Below the pieces are notes generated by a model. That model did no database searches, had not been told where the DNA came from, and was given only the letters and a program-made list of their open reading frames with translations. A program made the translations under genes and the position numbers. Below are positions 35,142 to 36,702 of a stretch of DNA of 36,702 bases, one piece after another. Source of the DNA: Minisyncoccia bacterium (GTDB taxonomy: Bacteria > Patescibacteriota > Minisyncoccia > UBA6257); assembly GCA_049699995.1 (NCBI GenBank), contig JBNAWD010000001.1, positions 28,831-65,532 of the forward strand, written 5' to 3'. Each line of letters begins with the position of its first letter. Position 1 is the first letter of the stretch.

Positions 35142-35972
35142 ATGACAAAAATAAGGCCGGCTGTTGTCAGTGGAATATTTTATCCAGAAAATCCTTCTCT
35201 TTTAGAAAAAGAAGTGAAATTTTATTTATCCCAAGCAAATATTGATGTTTCTTTAGCGCCTCGAGCCTTAATTGTTCCTCATGCTGGTTATCCCTATTCC
35301 GGTAAAGTAGCTGGCCATGCCTACAAAATCCTTGAGAATAAAAATTTTTCTGAAATAATTCTAATTGGCCCTAGCCATTCTTTTAGTTTTTTTGGAATTT
35401 GTTTCAGCCCTTCTGATTATTTCCAAACTCCTTTGGGTCAAGTAGAAAACATATCTCTTAAAAAAATACTAAAAGAAGAGAAAAACCAAGAAATAAAAAA
35501 TCTTTTGGGAAAAATAGCTTTTGAATCAGAAGAAATTCACCAACCCGAACATTGCTTAGAAGTCCAAATTCCCTTCCTTCAGGTGGTTCTAAAAAATCCT
35601 TTTAAGATAATGACAATTTTGGTTTCGAATTTTACCTCAGATAAAGAGATAGAAAGTATTGTCTTTTTCCTGAATAAAATCCTCGATCGAAATAGATTAC
35701 TAATTATTAGTACCGATTTGTCCCACTATTATCCTTATCAACAAGCAATCTCCTTAGATCAAAAAACAATTTCATTAATTTTAGAAAATGATGAGGAAAA
35801 CTTAAAAAGAGTAGGGGAGGCTTGTGGATTAAATGCCTTAATCCTTCTGTTAAAATTAGCCCAAAAAAGAAAACTTCAGGCTCAATTACTGAAGTATTTA
35901 AATTCAGGAGATATTACTAAAGACCACAAAAGAGTGGTTGGCTACGCCTCAATAGCTTTCTTTGAAAAATAA
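35142..35972 (+). CDS. amrB: AmmeMemoRadiSam protein B (MEMO1 family)
   Basis: RPAVVSGIFYP, PHAGYPYSG, GPSH, EHCLEVQIPF, STDLSHY, ACG, SGD, VVGY. Confidence 0.95.
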   Translation: MTKIRPAVVSGIFYPENPSLLEKEVKFYLSQANIDVSLAPRALIVPHAGYPYSGKVAGHAYKILENKNFSEIILIGPSHSFSFFGICFSPSDYFQTPLGQVENISLKKILKEEKNQEIKNLLGKIAFESEEIHQPEHCLEVQIPFLQVVLKNPFKIMTILVSNFTSDKEIESIVFFLNKILDRNRLLIISTDLSHYYPYQQAISLDQKTISLILENDEENLKRVGEACGLNALILLLKLAQKRKLQAQLLKYLNSGDITKDHKRVVGYASIAFFEK

Positions 35973-36006
35973 AAACTTTCAAAAATAATAAAAGCTTTCA
36001 AAAATA
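35969..36006. repeat. 19-bp tandem duplication (1 mismatch)
   Basis: ATAAAAACTTTCAAAAATA / ATAAAAGCTTTCAAAAATA. Confidence 0.7.
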
Positions 36007-36012
36007 AAAATT

Positions 36013-36594
36013 ATGAAAGAAAAAAATAAACAATATCTTTTAGAAATATCTCGAAGGGCCATTGAAAAGTATATTCACGATAAAGAGATATTAACTCTTG
36101 ACGAGGACTCTTTAGAGGAAGAACTAAAAGAAAACAGAGGAGTCTTTGTCACTCTTAAAAAAGGTAAAGAATTGCGAGGTTGTATTGGTAATCTTTTTCC
36201 CATTAAACCAATTTATCAAGCAGTTATAGACAATTCTTTAGCTAGCGCTTTTTTAGATAATCGTTTCTTGCCTCTTAGCCCGGAAGAACTAGAAGAGGTA
36301 GAAATTGAAATTTCCATACTTTCTCCATTAAAATTATTGCCTCCTTTTAATAACAAAGAAGATTTTTTATATTACCTTCAAAGAAAAAAACCGGGTTTAT
36401 ATTTAGCCTTTAATAACTATCAAGCAACCTTTCTTCCTCAAGTTTGGGAAGAATTAAATAATCCTGAGGAATTTCTTTCCCATCTTTTTTTAAAAGCTGG
36501 ACTTTCTCAAAACGATTGGCAAACAGAAAAAATCTGGAATAATCCCAAAGTTAAATTATATGAATATGAAGTCGAATGTTCTAGGGAAAAATAA
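36013..36594 (+). CDS. amrA: AmmeMemoRadiSam protein A (AMMECR1 family)
   Basis: GVFVTL...LRGCIG, D.RF, EISILS, ATFLPQVW, KAGL. Confidence 0.95.
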   Translation: MKEKNKQYLLEISRRAIEKYIHDKEILTLDEDSLEEELKENRGVFVTLKKGKELRGCIGNLFPIKPIYQAVIDNSLASAFLDNRFLPLSPEELEEVEIEISILSPLKLLPPFNNKEDFLYYLQRKKPGLYLAFNNYQATFLPQVWEELNNPEEFLSHLFLKAGLSQNDWQTEKIWNNPKVKLYEYEVECSREK

Positions 36595-36702
36595 AAGGGT
36601 ATAGCATTTCTCGCAAAACAGAAGGATCAATTCCCGGACATTGAGTTGGTTCTTCTTTAAAGTCTAACTCTTTATGACCTTTTATAAATTTATCGGTATA
36701 CT
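36581..36702 (-). CDS. 3' end of a probable N-acetylmuramoyl-L-alanine amidase (Amidase_2/PGRP-like), truncated by window edge
   Basis: Minus frame reads YTDKFIKGHKELDFKEEPTQCPGIDPSVLREMLYPFIFP*; GH.E...T.CPG motif. Not in the ORF track. Confidence 0.6.
   Translation of the reverse strand, partial: YTDKFIKGHKELDFKEEPTQCPGIDPSVLREMLYPFIFP

Noticed and set aside
35969-36006. 19-bp tandem repeat as a CRISPR or operator
   Set aside because: Only two adjacent AT-rich copies with no spacer; likely a slippage duplication.

Overview
AT-rich, gene-dense bacterial chromosome segment. Gene content, AMP phosphorylase, archaeal-type RtcB with archease and SD-less core genes suggest a Patescibacteria/CPR (Parcubacteria-like) genome; this assignment is inference. 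The window holds DNA repair genes (polA 3' end, mutM, holA, EndoQ, Ogt-like, NUDIX), RNA repair (archease-rtcB), tRNA-Arg(CCG), a membrane-anchored Clp ATPase, an smpB-ssrA(tmRNA)-infC-rpmI-rplT unit, pyrG-glyA, prs-HD-AMP phosphorylase-alr, pgeF-murC, queA-tgt-trxB-queH, speD and the AmmeMemoRadiSam trio. No transposase, integrase or CRISPR array is seen. Main signals: (1) the smpB stop codon lies inside the tmRNA 5' end, so tmRNA maturation should leave a non-stop smpB mRNA; (2) four accessory cassettes share a promoter / boxA-like / strong SD / terminator layout that core genes lack; (3) a near-consensus promoter drives only a ~60-nt UUCG hairpin; (4) trxB is wedged into the queuosine genes beside a TGT with an atypical pocket, close to speD and amrSBA.
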